Positions 1 through 12,200 of a stretch of 42,795 nucleotides of DNA are shown here, in pieces. The DNA lies in assembly GCA_001642005.1 (NCBI GenBank), contig LWCA01000186.1:1-42795 (forward strand), read 5' to 3'. The DNA is from Intoshia linei (taxonomy: Eukaryota > Animalia > Orthonectida). A program made the position numbers and the translations under genes. How positions within the stretch are numbered: position 1 is the stretch's first letter; each line of letters opens with the position of its first letter. Below the pieces are notes generated by a model. It searched no databases. It saw only the letters and a list, made by a program, of their open reading frames with translations, and was not told where the DNA came from.

Positions 1-465
1 TAATTTCATTTCAGTCATAATATGATTTAAATTCTGTTTAAAGTTTTGTATTCCACTAACATCGGCCGATAATGACTCGCCGGTGCAATGCCTTAAAATT
101 ATATCATGTCTTTTTTGAAGTTATATAGCCATCCTATGCTAGCACTAAACGACTGTGCTGGATAAAAAATATGAAAATATTTTACTTTCTCAGTAATTAT
201 TAAATCATTAGTCGATAGAGATCGACATCTCTCTATGAACCAATAGAATAAGGCTTCCTCCATCTTTGGAAAGATACAGCTTTTCAAGTTTTTACCCGTT
301 TTGATTCAGCTATATGAGTATTTTAAGGAGTCGTTCAATTTAATTCGATTTTTCTTAATATAATATATTGTTCCTCTTGATACACCATATTGCAGTGATA
401 TTTGAGAGTTTTATTCCATTGTCGATTTGATTTAAGATTTCTATTTTTTGATACGTTTAAATGCA
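1..465 (-). pseudogene. Frameshifted Tigger/pogo (CENP-B-type) transposase N-terminal fragment, runs off the window start
   Basis: Minus-strand frames give QKIEILNQIDNG / SQISLQYGVSRGTIYYIKKN (psq-type HTH), FPKMEEALFYWF...FSASIGWLYNFKK (CENP-B HTH) and, after a frameshift, RHDIILRHCTGESLSAD, typical of pogo/Tigger transposases. Confidence 0.85.
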
Positions 466-629
466 TGTTAAGATATTAGTTAATAAATTATTTAAATTTA
501 AATATGGACGGAAATATAATTAACGATAACGCAATTTGCACAAACAAAAATTAAAACAATAACTTTACTGTACAAATTAAAAATTTTTCAAAAACTTAAA
601 AAATGAAGTTCAGATTTTGTATAATAATC

Positions 630-1175
630 GCGAATAATTTGGCTTTATCTTGGTATTAGATACACAGAATTGGTTGACATGACTTAAATTTAATCATATG
701 GACCAAATTTTTTTTTCTTCAGAATATGAAGAAAATTTACGATTTGAGATTTAATTGGTAATACAACATTTCTTGATTCTAAAATCCTCATTATTTGATG
801 AGGTTTTTTACTTTCTTCGTTAAATAAATTAGAAATAATGTCTTTCAATTAATTTGTTAAACCTAATTGTGGTTTAATGTTTATGCTCACAAATTGAGTC
901 ATATATATTGATACATCCATATTTTCAGAGTGGTACAACAAATATTTAGTAGTTGGACATGCGTCAGGTCCTCTCCTCACAGATTCATTACAATAATAAA
1001 ATATTTTATAACCCTCATGTGAATTATTACGGTTTTTAATTTTCCAATGTATTTTTTGCTTGTGTCAGATGCATACTTTTTATTCAATATATAAAATTTT
1101 CCTTTTCCTCTGATATTATTGTGTTCATCAATTTCTCTATCTGGTGATAAATCATAATTTGAACAATCAGAAAGC
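630..1175 (-). pseudogene. Degenerate Mutator-like (MULE-type) transposase N-terminal fragment with WRKY/FLYWCH-like zinc-finger remnant
   Basis: WKIKNRNNSHEGYKIFYYCNESVRRGPDACPTTKYLLYHSENMDVSIYMT, then GLTN*LKDIISNLFNEESKKPHQIMRILESRNVVLPIKSQIVNFLHILKKKKFGP; contains stops and frameshifts. Family assignment is from recalled similarity. Confidence 0.6.
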
Positions 1176-1339
1176 ATACGATAATACAAATATAATAAGT
1201 TATAAAAAAGTTTATTTTATTGATGCAAAAATTCTAAATTAATTGACGCTTTATAATATTCAATTGCTAAGTGAAATAAGTTCTATTTTAAATAAATTAA
1301 GTGCTAAATGTCGAAATTAAATGACGCTTTAATTTTATT

Positions 1340-1735
1340 TCAATAATTTTTTATTCTCTCCATTTCATTCAAATACAAATCATCAATTTTATTTCTGCAA
1401 TTGCTTTCAGATGGCATAATTATTCCCTTTTTTTAAATATTGTTCTTAACTCGACGTTATTTAACCTTTTAGAGGTATATCCGCAGATAGAATTGCTTCC
1501 GCCATTTCTGTTGCAAAGTCATTCGATGTTTTAATTGAACTTGAATACTGACAATATGCATAAAACTCTTATTTTTTGCTAATTTGCGGTGTAATTAAAC
1601 AAAATTTAATTTTGTAAAAGTAACATTACAACATTTTATACAAAGTAAATTGTTGTCATTCTTAGTAAATTCACTAAGGTAAAGTTTGGTAATATTGTAA
1701 ATTGTTTCATATTTAGATTTCGCATATTTTGCCAT
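1340..1735 (-). pseudogene. Degenerate hAT-related (CGGBP1-like) transposase N-terminal fragment
   Basis: ATG at 1735: MAKYAKSKYETIYNITKLYLSEFTKNDNNLLCIKCC, then frameshifted DFATEMAEAILSADIPLK / LNNVELRTIF / MPSESNCRNKIDDLYLNEMERIKN, matching the 'AxxSADIPLxKLxN...PSESTxR' pattern. Confidence 0.7.
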
Positions 1736-2149
1736 GCTTAAAAAAATATTAATCATATAAAAGTATTGCTAAATTACCTATATTGTGAATAGAAATAAGT
1801 TAAGAATAAATAAAAACTGCTGTTAGTGAGTGATATAAAAATTAATAATAAGTTTATTTATTACACTCATGCATAAAATAAAAGTACAAAACACAGCGAA
1901 ATTATATAAAACAAAATTAATGTTTGAAAATATAATTGAACTTTTGAAAATATTATTTTAACTTTATTAACGCTATTAACTTAATCAAATTTTAATTAGC
2001 CAATTAATACACGTAAAATTATTATCATTGTCATTGATGCGTATGAACATATTAAAATTTGCCCTAGTTAAAAAATAAATGCACTACTTATTACGCATCA
2101 ATGTAGAAATGCCCATCTATTATTATTTATTTGTTAATTATATTATTTA

Positions 2150-5100
2150 GTTTTTCTCAGAAAGCTGAAGCCATTAGTTGTGATGAACTTGTTTTAAACA
2201 TTTCTAGTTTTCCAGAGCTATATCAATCTTTTTCTCCAATACAACTCGGCCACTACATACGTAGTTTAATTAAAAGAAAGACTCATTGTGATGCCTCTAT
2301 TGGAATTTGTTTTTTTATTTTTTGATGAATTCAATTATATTTTAGCACATTCAATTTTAGCTGCTCGAATTTGCGCTAAATATGCTAAACCCAACAATTG
2401 TATTTATATGGATGATGAAAAATTTAAAAATTTCATTTTTTCTCAAAAATTATCTATTATTCCACGTATGTACTTAATTTTAATGATTCTATTGTATATA
2501 ATTATAAAAAAACTTAGATATAAATAAGAATATTGTAAATGCATTGTCCGAATTTTCTTTGTATACCTGTGGCGACATATCTTCCAAATCGATAATAGAA
2601 CTTTGTGAAATGTTAAAAATTTCCAATACTAATAAAAGTCTAAATTATTTGATTAAATCTTCAAAAGGAATGTGTGATAAATTGATAAAAAGTTGTTATG
2701 ATCCAAAGTCAATATCTGTTTGTATCAATTACGCTGTCAGGTTAAGTAATGTAATATATTATTTTTTAAATTATTATTAGTATACCTTGTATAGACTAGC
2801 GATTTGGAAAAAATAACTTATGATATTGCCAATCAAGTTTTGAGTCGATTAAAAAAAATTTCAAAACAATTTAAATCTATTAACATCTCTTTGAAAATAA
2901 GACATCCTGATGCACCCATTGAGCCACAAAAATATATGGGTAAATATTTTGCATTTTATTTTATATTTTTCAAGGTTGTGGACATTGCAATACAGTGTAC
3001 AAAAAAATGGTTTTGATAAACTTTACAAGTGATTTATCTATATTACATAAAAAAAGTTTTGACATGATTAATCAGCTAACGACACAAATTGGTGATATTC
3101 GAGGTGTATTTATAGTTTAATCTAGTTTTATATTATTCGGTTAGATCACATTATGTGTTTCTGATTTTAAAAATCACAAAACAAAAAAATCTAATGATAT
3201 AATTACAATGTTGAAAAACGCTAAACCGAGACCAAAATATGAGTAATTTTTTTAATAAAATCTTTTATTAAAAACTTTAGTAATGATTCTTTACCAAATT
3301 GTCATGTAATAGATAAAAGGAATCAACAGTATCAGTTTGTAACTTTGTTATCAGCACCTAAACCAAAAATACGCAAAAGGAAGATTAAATTACACGTAAT
3401 TTAATCTTTTTTATTTTCTTAATCATCCTTAGTGTGTCTATTTTAGCCAAACCAAATGAAAATTGATGATTGTTTCAAGGCTGTTGTAATTTTTATTAAT
3501 TATTTTTATGTGTATTTGTAGAATCAGAAATATGAAGAAAAGGATTTAGCTGAACTAGAAATAACTCCAACTACACCATTCATTAATTTTGATGTTGATT
3601 TTTGGTTAAACCAAGGTAGTAATGTTTAATTCAGTTGTGGTTTCCTATTGGGGTGACAATTTTCTTTAATATAGGCACATCTCATTTTGAATGTTTATGA
3701 AATTAATTTTAGGAACCGCTTTTTGTTGGGTAGAGTAAGTGTAGTTATAATGAAACCAATCAACTGGTATTCATTGGTATTTGTATTAATTTTTATTATT
3801 TAGAATTTAATAAATTTTTGAATTTATTCAAAAAAAGATTAACAATCTGTACAAAAAGTGATTTATTTATGATTTACAACTTTACAATATTTATTTTACA
3901 GTAAATTTAATTGATATAATATAATTCATGGTTTCCCAAAATGGGATATGTGAAAATTATAAACATTACGAATTAATAAAAATTATATACTAAGAGTAGC
4001 TAAAGTTTATTTTTTTGGCCCTATTTGCAATATATAAATTTCATGAACCCCTAATAATTATTGAAATGTATTGTGTAATTAATATTTTTGATTAATAATA
4101 ATTTTTCAATAAATTTTTAACTTATTACCTTTCACAAATGTTGTTAATTTTTCACTTTGTAAAAAACCAATTAATTGCAATATCATATTATACTTGATTA
4201 CTATTATCAGTATCAATGTTTAAATAACATTTTTTCCTAGTTATAGTCGAACTGTTGGTCCAGGTCAGATGAAAATTATAGGTTTCCTGTATTAATAATA
4301 ATAACTTGTAATTATGATTATGTTGTGATAATTTAAACTAAAATATTTCAACATTTTTTTGATTTTACATATTTTTGAGTGTTCATTAATGTTATCCTTA
4401 CATATAAAGTAAAAGTGTGTGCCTGGTAAACTTTTATTGAGAAAACTGATAGTCCCATAAATTTCAGAAGCATAAAATCTTTTAAATTTTTTCCGATGCA
4501 GAAAGTAAGATAAATTCAAAATTTTACAGTTTCTGGGCTAAAACTCCAAATTAAACCACAATTTTGAAAAATGTAAAAAATCATTAATAAATACTAATAC
4601 ATTTATTTCCAGTTAATGTATACAAAAAATTTACGCTTTAACTGCTAAAAAAGAAATTTACTCTTTTTTCAGAAATTATTTATATTAGAGTTAATTAACA
4701 TAAAAAATATTAAATAATTATAATTAATGGTCGTAAAATTAAAAAAAAGAAGAGTGTTATGATAGTTTATTCCATATTATATTTTATATAGCGAAAAAAA
4801 TTCGACCTCAAAAGTCAACGTATTTTTGGTGAAAGATGACTTAATATTTTATCAACAAATATTTTTTAATATTCATTCTACAATTTCAAGAACCTTCAAT
4901 GCCTGAAACCCTTTTTCTGGGGATTCGACGAAATTTTGGTAAACTATGGCCTCATTTCGTTCATCATTATATTCTTGACTCATGACTATTTTGGGTGTTA
5001 AATTTAAAATGTCAAGTTTTCAAAAAATTTTTAGGTAATTATAGGTGATTATAGTTATATATACATTAATATACTCTACATTTTAGAGAAATGAAACTTA

Positions 5101-5198
5101 TGTCACCATCATATACTGAAAACAAGCAAGAAATATTAAAAATTGTGCAATTATACACAGAAAAACATGACTGTTGGTTTTATTTTCCAAATATATAA
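2150..5198 (+). CDS. REV1: Y-family translesion polymerase REV1, 3' portion (5' exons not found in window), multi-exon
   Basis: Spliced motifs EAISCDE (catalytic SCDE), ASIGI|SHSILAARICAKYAKPN, TCGD, KSISVCINYAVR, RHPDAPIEPQKYMG|CGHCN, IGDIRG. Introns e.g. 2309-2345, 2466-2517, 2751-2794, 2940-2974. Terminal exons 3804-3900 and 5087-5198 join in phase but are less certain. Confidence 0.9.
4240..4520 (-). mobile_element. Possible degenerate transposon-derived coding remnant in last REV1 intron
   Basis: FLNKSLPGTHFYFICKDNI and downstream IQETYNFH weakly recall C-termini of uncharacterised invertebrate transposase-like proteins; interrupted. Confidence 0.3.
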
Positions 5199-5269
5199 TA
5201 CAAAAAAATGTACATTTGTAAATTAAACTTGTCCTATTTTATGTATGCATATTAACTTTATTTCACTAA

Positions 5270-6136
5270 ATGAAGATATTAATGACTGGTAAGTTAAAAT
5301 TTAAATCAGGGATGATCCACCCATTTCTACTCTCACCCACTAATCAAAATTTTCGGTCTGAAATCTCCTTTAGAATTTTGCATATACACTAAACATGTCA
5401 AATCATGCGTCCATTAAACCCTGATTTAAATGATGAATGATATAATCCAATTAAAAGGTTTCGGTCTATTCAACGACATTGAATACAATTCAAGTTGGGA
5501 AAGTGTTAATCTAGTAAAAAGCCTAGAAAATATTGAAATTACAAAAAAAAAGTTAACAGTAAACTATCAAGAAGCAAACACGGACATTCAAAGTACACTA
5601 TTGAACTCAAACCTCAAAGTAAAATTGAAAAAACTAGAAATTAAAAAGTAATTTTTTTAGATAATAATACTGTGTGGTGTAGATTGCAATAACACTGTAT
5701 TACCCGATAGCAAAACACCGTACCACATTGACATTGAATCTAGAGCTTTTGCTTCAGGTTATACCCCTGACAATAGTAGAAACTGCCCAGATTTTAATTT
5801 AGAACACATGCACGATGAATATCTAAATTCCAAATTTGATATTGACAAACTTGTCTATGACGCCAACTCAGAATCTGATGAAAATGTATCATTTTACAAA
5901 TCTACTGATCCGGGCAGGTACTAAAATTTTAAACCAATTTAAATGTTAATAAAAAATTCAGATATCTCTGCGGATATTCATATTACCAATCTTTATCAAT
6001 CAATCCAAATTCAATATTTGTCCATCTACCACACGTACTTTGTCATGATGTGATAAAAAGAAATGAAATATACCAAAAATTTGCAGATGCTTTGCAAATT
6101 CTTGCTCTAAATTTATACATGTCTTTGACTGAATAA
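5270..6136 (+). CDS. PGPEP1: Pyroglutamyl-peptidase I (peptidase C15), 4 exons: 5270-5288, 5458-5618, 5661-5917, 5962-6136
   Basis: MKILMT|GFGLFNDIEYNSSW, IIILCGV, IDIESRAFASGY (catalytic Glu), STDPGR|YLCGYSYYQSL (catalytic Cys), IFVHLP (catalytic His); all GT-AG junctions in phase. Confidence 0.93.
5307..5423. mobile_element. 117-bp hAT-type MITE in PGPEP1 intron 1
   Basis: CAGGG...CCCTG ends flanked by identical 8-bp ATTTAAAT at 5299-5306 and 5424-5431. Confidence 0.75.
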
Positions 6137-6242
6137 AATCATTTTATCATGGAAATAAATGTTAAAGTTAAGTTTTCGTTTACATAGAATAAATAGTGAG
6201 GACAAAATAATTAATAACGTTACTATTATGGAAATATAAATC

Positions 6243-9200
6243 ATGTCATTCAAATCTAATCTATACAGTTCAAGCTTTTTATTGATTAAACATTCATGGA
6301 AAGGGAGGTACATTTTATTAAAAATTTGAATTTTTTAAAAATTTTTAATTTTTTAATGTCATAGATATTCGCGAATAGTCAACATTTCTGAAGAAGGATT
6401 AACATCTTATCAACCCACAACGTTCGAAACAACCAACATTGTATTTTTGTTTATTTTGCGTTTTAATGATTTTTAGTGGCCTTTTTCTGAAATTGCTGGA
6501 GTAGAAATCTCAAAAACTACCAACGAGTTTAATTTAATTATTAAAAAAGCCAGAAAAACTGAATCTCTTAAATTTGCATCAGAATATAGAGATGAATTTT
6601 TAGCATTATTACTCACACATAGTGGCCAATTTTGTAGTGATGTTGAAAAGACTGAATTGGTTTATTAATTTTTTTTTATATAACAATATTTAGCGATATT
6701 CTGCATCCAAATTTGGATGGAAAGAGAGATACCATCATGTAATCTTAACTATTGATCGAGCTACCGTATACCAAACTCATTCTGTTAAAAATCAAATACT
6801 TGCATCGTATCATTATTACACCATCAATGAAATTTGTTTCATAAACAACAGCTTGGAAGCTTTTGCTCTCGTCGAAAATAAATTTGGACGAATGCATTTA
6901 TTTTCATCACCTAAAAGAAAAGAAATTATCAATCACATTGTCGGTAGAGCTGCTCAATTGGGTCAAAAAATTAAAGTTAATAGAGAAATTACAGTCGACT
7001 TTTTTTTGGACAATAAATTCGGCATTTATAGTGACGACAATTCAATGACGTCATTAATTGAATTTAATGTTGAAAAAATTGGACTAAATTGTCGTCGAAC
7101 CATTTTAGGACCTATAGAAAGAATATTATGTCTTGCTGAAAAGACTCTTATTGAAAGAGATAAAAATACTTATTCAGCTATAACCGTAAAACCACTTATT
7201 GAAATTTATGCCATTATTCAACATATTGAAAACAGCCAAATGATTACCCTTGAGTACATTTATGGTCAGAGACGGTCGTATTACACTACCGAACGAGACG
7301 AATTGATTTGTTCACTTTTAGACGGCGTCCGCGGTGCCGGAAATAAAAATGTTTGTGTTAAAACAGAACTTACCCATTCTCTGTATAGAATGTGTCCCAT
7401 GTATTCTCAAATTGATGATGAAATGGAGTGTAATTTATTGAAAGGATTTATGGCTATGGACGAAAATTTTAATTTTTTTAGATTTTTACAACGTTTTAAT
7501 GCAAATATAGCTTACAGTGGTCTGAATTGCACCGTTGTTGAAGAAAAATGGTTTGGTGTCAATAAAGACAAACTTATTAATAAAGCTCTAGAAGTACTTA
7601 TCGAATATTCCACTACAAATTGCCCTTCAGCTGATTTAGAGCTTATTTTTCAAGCTATGCGAAGATTAATTGCTTCAAAATCTGGATATACAGCTTTCAC
7701 TGATTTACCAAAAATGAGATCTAGTGTGGGCGGCTCGATAATGTATGCAATGTCTGTTGATAAATGTGTTTTGCATTCCGCTATAGAAATGATGAATGCC
7801 CTAATGCAACCCATGCATGATAATTATGAATTGTACCAAGAACAGTTAAACAAAGTTTCCATTACGTCGAATGTCAAGTTTGTGACTTTGATTGTTGATA
7901 AATTGGTTGAAAGTGTAGAAAATAATCATTGTTTGATAATTTTAAGTATATTGGATTTTGTAACATATATAATTTGTTTCCCGTATTCTGAAACCACCGA
8001 ACAGGTTACTTTTGATTTGGTAATAGAATTGTTGGCCAAAGAAGCGAGAATACTGTTTAAATTATTTCAAAGTGCTTCTCCTGCCATTGTGAAGGGGGCT
8101 GGATTAATATTAAAAGCTATGGTTGAAGAAGGGAGCAATTTAGTGGCTCAAAATATTCAAAGATTATCTCTATCTGAGGGAGCACTCATTCGGCATGTTT
8201 ATAACGCATTTTTTTTAGTTACTAATGACGGTAGAAGACTGGCATTAAGACAAATTAGTAGATATTTGCTGTCTGTCTGGTACGCTGGGTCTAAAGAAGC
8301 TTTAAATTTGTTTAAAAGGATACTCCCCGCCGGTTTGTTGCAATATTTAACCTCTTCAGAACGTCCTTCTTTTGAAGATATTGATCGTATTGGGACAAGA
8401 CAAAATAAAGGAAAAGAAATGGTTAGTAAAGGACCTAAATTTTATGAAGAGTTAGATAAAAAAGTCAGCGCGTATTTGTTACACTGGAGAGAGCGTGTAG
8501 GATTACCATACATTACAAAAAATACTAGAGCCAACGACCCACGTGTTGCGAAACTACGAATCCGTAAAACTATTAAAAATATAAAGGAAAATTGGGAAAT
8601 GCTATTTTATCAATTTTCCAATGACCATTCTAAACCAAACTTAATTTGGAATTATAAAACGAGGGATGAAATGCGTAGGTCTATTGAAGAAGAATTATCA
8701 TTATTCAACGTGTCTCTTAGTTTAAGTAATAATGTCAATATTGCCTGGAATCACCAAGAATTTATGGTAAATTATCCATCACTAGCTGACGAAGTCATGA
8801 TTAATGATTATTATCTCCGTCTCATATTGGACAGTAATACTGCAAGTGATTTTACTGACACGGGCAAATCTATTCAGTTTTTTAATGATCTTTATCATCG
8901 TTTTTTAATTACATCAAATTCTGAAATGAAATCTTTGTGTCTTAAATCTATGGTTGTAGTATATCAAAAATGCCACGAGACTATTGGAAAATTCAACGAC
9001 ACTAAATTTATTGTTTTAATGTTGCAAAAATGCACAAACGCCAAAGAACGAGATGAATTAATCATTTTTATGGAAACACTCATTCTTAATAATGAAAATG
9101 CTCAAGAAATTATCAAAGCAAAGGGAATATCTATACTTATCGACATTCTCCCATTGGCTCATTTACACGTTAATAGGGCTGTTTTGCCTACTACAATACA

Positions 9201-12200
9201 AGCTATAACATCGTGCGCAAAAGAAGACTCTGAAGGATTCAAAGATTGGTACTATTCTGACGAAAATAAAAAAATTCATGGTCCATATTCGATTAAAGAA
9301 ATTAAAGAAATATACCTAGACGGTGAAATTGACAAGAAAACAATTTGCTGGGCTCAAGGTCTAGATGGGTGGAAGCCTTTGTTATCTATAGCTTTTTTGA
9401 AATGGACGGTCGTTTGTGACCATATAGGAAATTTAACTTATTCAGAACTGGCGGAGCATATTTTAAACATTCTTATCGGAATCTGTAATTTTTATCCAAA
9501 CAGAAATTTCGACAATTCAATTATTAGACCAATGGCTAAAATTCGCATGATTTTGTCTCATAATCTCATTTTACCTCATATCATTCAACTTATACTCACA
9601 TTCGATCCAACCATTATTGAAAAATTGGCAGTTCTTTTATTATTGTTAATGCAAGACAATCCACATTTATCTCGTCTCTATCTTACCGGAGTTTTCTTTT
9701 TTCTTTTAATGTATACTGGATCGAATTTATTGCCAATATCCAACTTTTTAAAGTACACTCATACTAAACAATCTTTCCGGTTTCATTCTGGAGAAAGTAG
9801 TTTCATTCGAAAAAGCATACTATCTCCCATGCTACCTGAAGCCATGATTTGGTGCATGGAAAATTATGATTCTCAAGAGTTTTCGAAAATTTTTATTGGA
9901 GAGTTCAATACTCCGGAATTTATTTGGAATACTGAAATGAGACGACTTTTGATTATGAAAATTTCACAGCATATGGGGGAATTTATCCCGCGGATTGTTG
10001 CCAATACGCATATTCTTTATCAATATTTACCTATGAATCGTATTGAATATCCTCAGTTGGAAGGAGAAGTATTTTGTAATATATATTATTTACGACACCT
10101 TACAAATGAAAAGTTTCGAGATACCTGGGATATTAAGGATCCTGTAATTTTTATTTATTTGTTTATTTATTGTTGGATTTTACGAATTTTACACGGATAT
10201 TTGGTTAGGCAGTTGAATTTAATCAATTGATTAAAATTTATGAAAATTAGTCATTTAACTAACATTAATGTACATCAGGGATTCCCAAAATCATTTTGTC
10301 TGTCGCCCCTTTTAAAAAAATTTTACTTAGGTTGTTATTTATTAAATATTATTATTATTAGTAATTAAATTTGTTCATTGTTAAATTAAATTAAATTAGA
10401 CAATTTAACAATTATTCCGCAATTATTGATTTGACGCGAAACTATATTTTACATAATCTTTACTAAGGATTCGTTACTTATATAATATGTTACGCAATTT
10501 TTGTTTGTGTGTGTGTGTTTTACTTTATTGAAATAACTACCAGTCTTAGAATTGTATAAAGTCCACATTTCAATTGCAGTTTTTTACTGGACATATAAGA
10601 TAAATTTCAACCTTCCAAACTCATATCTTACGGGTCAAAAACCCCAATTGTCCCTTTTTTTGAAAATTAAACCAGTTGGAGAACTTAAAAAAATATATAC
10701 GCTGATACGGAAGTTAAAATCATAAACATTATCATAAATATAAATTTAAAAAAATTATATCTTCAGGGCCAAAATCCCAAATTACCCTTCTTTTTATAAT
10801 GAAAACAGCCCTAGAATTTAAAAAAATTTCAATCAGAATAAGTGATGACTTCACAGTCAAAAAAGCATTTTAGTATTCATATATTTTTTTTCCGAAATAT
10901 TTTATTAAAACAAAAAATGTGAAATAATTAACGGTCTGAAAATTAAAAAATAGATAATTCTGATACGAAACGAATTCGAATTCAATGTGAATTTATTTTT
11001 TAAGTATAATGAAAATATGCCCTCGGTAGAGTTAGGTCGTGCTTGTACGTAGTACATAACAGTCAACCTAGTATAACTATAATATTAGAGTTTTATATTT
11101 TTACAAAAATCATAGCTAATACTGTTAATTTCCAGTTAACAAACAAAAAATTTTAAACTCACAACTCACTTGAGTCAAAAAAGGAATATACAATGTACAG
11201 TAAGGTGTCTCAAAAAAATGAAAAATTATATTTTTGAACATCCTTAGGTATAATAGTAATCAAGTATAAAAAAAAATGATATTTCCAAAATATTAATGCA
11301 TTTCAACGAATATTGAAGATAGCCTGATCATTTAAAGTTTTCTATATATATACTAAATATTACAAAATTAAAACTGAACTTTATTATAATGGAAATTGGC
11401 GTTTGAGCTTATTTAATTAATAGTTATTATTTTAGTAATACTATAATTTTAAGTCCTAAGGATATTTTTTCTAAATACCCATGAAACACCTTAATGTACA
11501 GTTTACTCTTTTTTTTGGAAATTATTTCATTAACTAATTAAAAAATATTAAGAAATTATAATTATTATAATTCATGGTTGTATAATTTAAAAAAAATTTT
11601 TTGATAGTTTATTCCTTTTTTGATATTTTTCTGGTAACATGTTGTTTATGAAGATTTTTTAGGGTTGTAAGTTACAACTTGTAACTATAATTCTATTGTT
11701 AAGATTATTATTACACTTATTGTATATAATAAATTTGAAACATTTGAAACACTTTGTCGTAAAATTAAAAAGTTTTCAATAGGTAGAACTATCTCTTATT
11801 TTTACGCAATACATAACAGTCAAACTAGTTAAATTGACAATCTTAATATATTTATAATGTATGTATGTATTTTTAGGTTGCTCTATTAAAAGACGTTCTA
11901 TCTCGATGGAATATTGAACTCAATAAAAAATCACCTAAACTTTCTATTGCTATTGCACTTAAAACACTTGCATTTAATGAAAATATTATAGATTTGCCAG
12001 AAATTAATGAAATCAAAAGACAATATTATGCGTTATCCACCAAGTATCACCCAGATAAAAATCCGGAAGGTGAAGTAAGTTTTTATTAATCCTTCAGCTA
12101 AAATGAATGCAAATTTGCATTCAATATAAAAAACTTGGCGAACATTCATTTGAGCGAAATAATCATATATTTTGATAATTAATCATTTTATTGATTTTTT

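Noticed and set aside
930-985. RRGPDA motif suggesting an asparagine-synthetase-domain protein
   Set aside because: Context (YYCN...CP...YLLY) fits a transposase zinc finger, and the frame is broken.
1473-1527. Plus-strand GISADRIASAISVAKSFD as a REV1 'IASCxYxARxFG' exon
   Set aside because: It is the antisense of the much better hAT-like LSADIPL segment, and no adjacent REV1 exons fit.
5430-5651. ORF-track start for PGPEP1 at 5430
   Set aside because: Upstream exon MKILMT|G with a GTAAGT donor gives the canonical family N-terminus.
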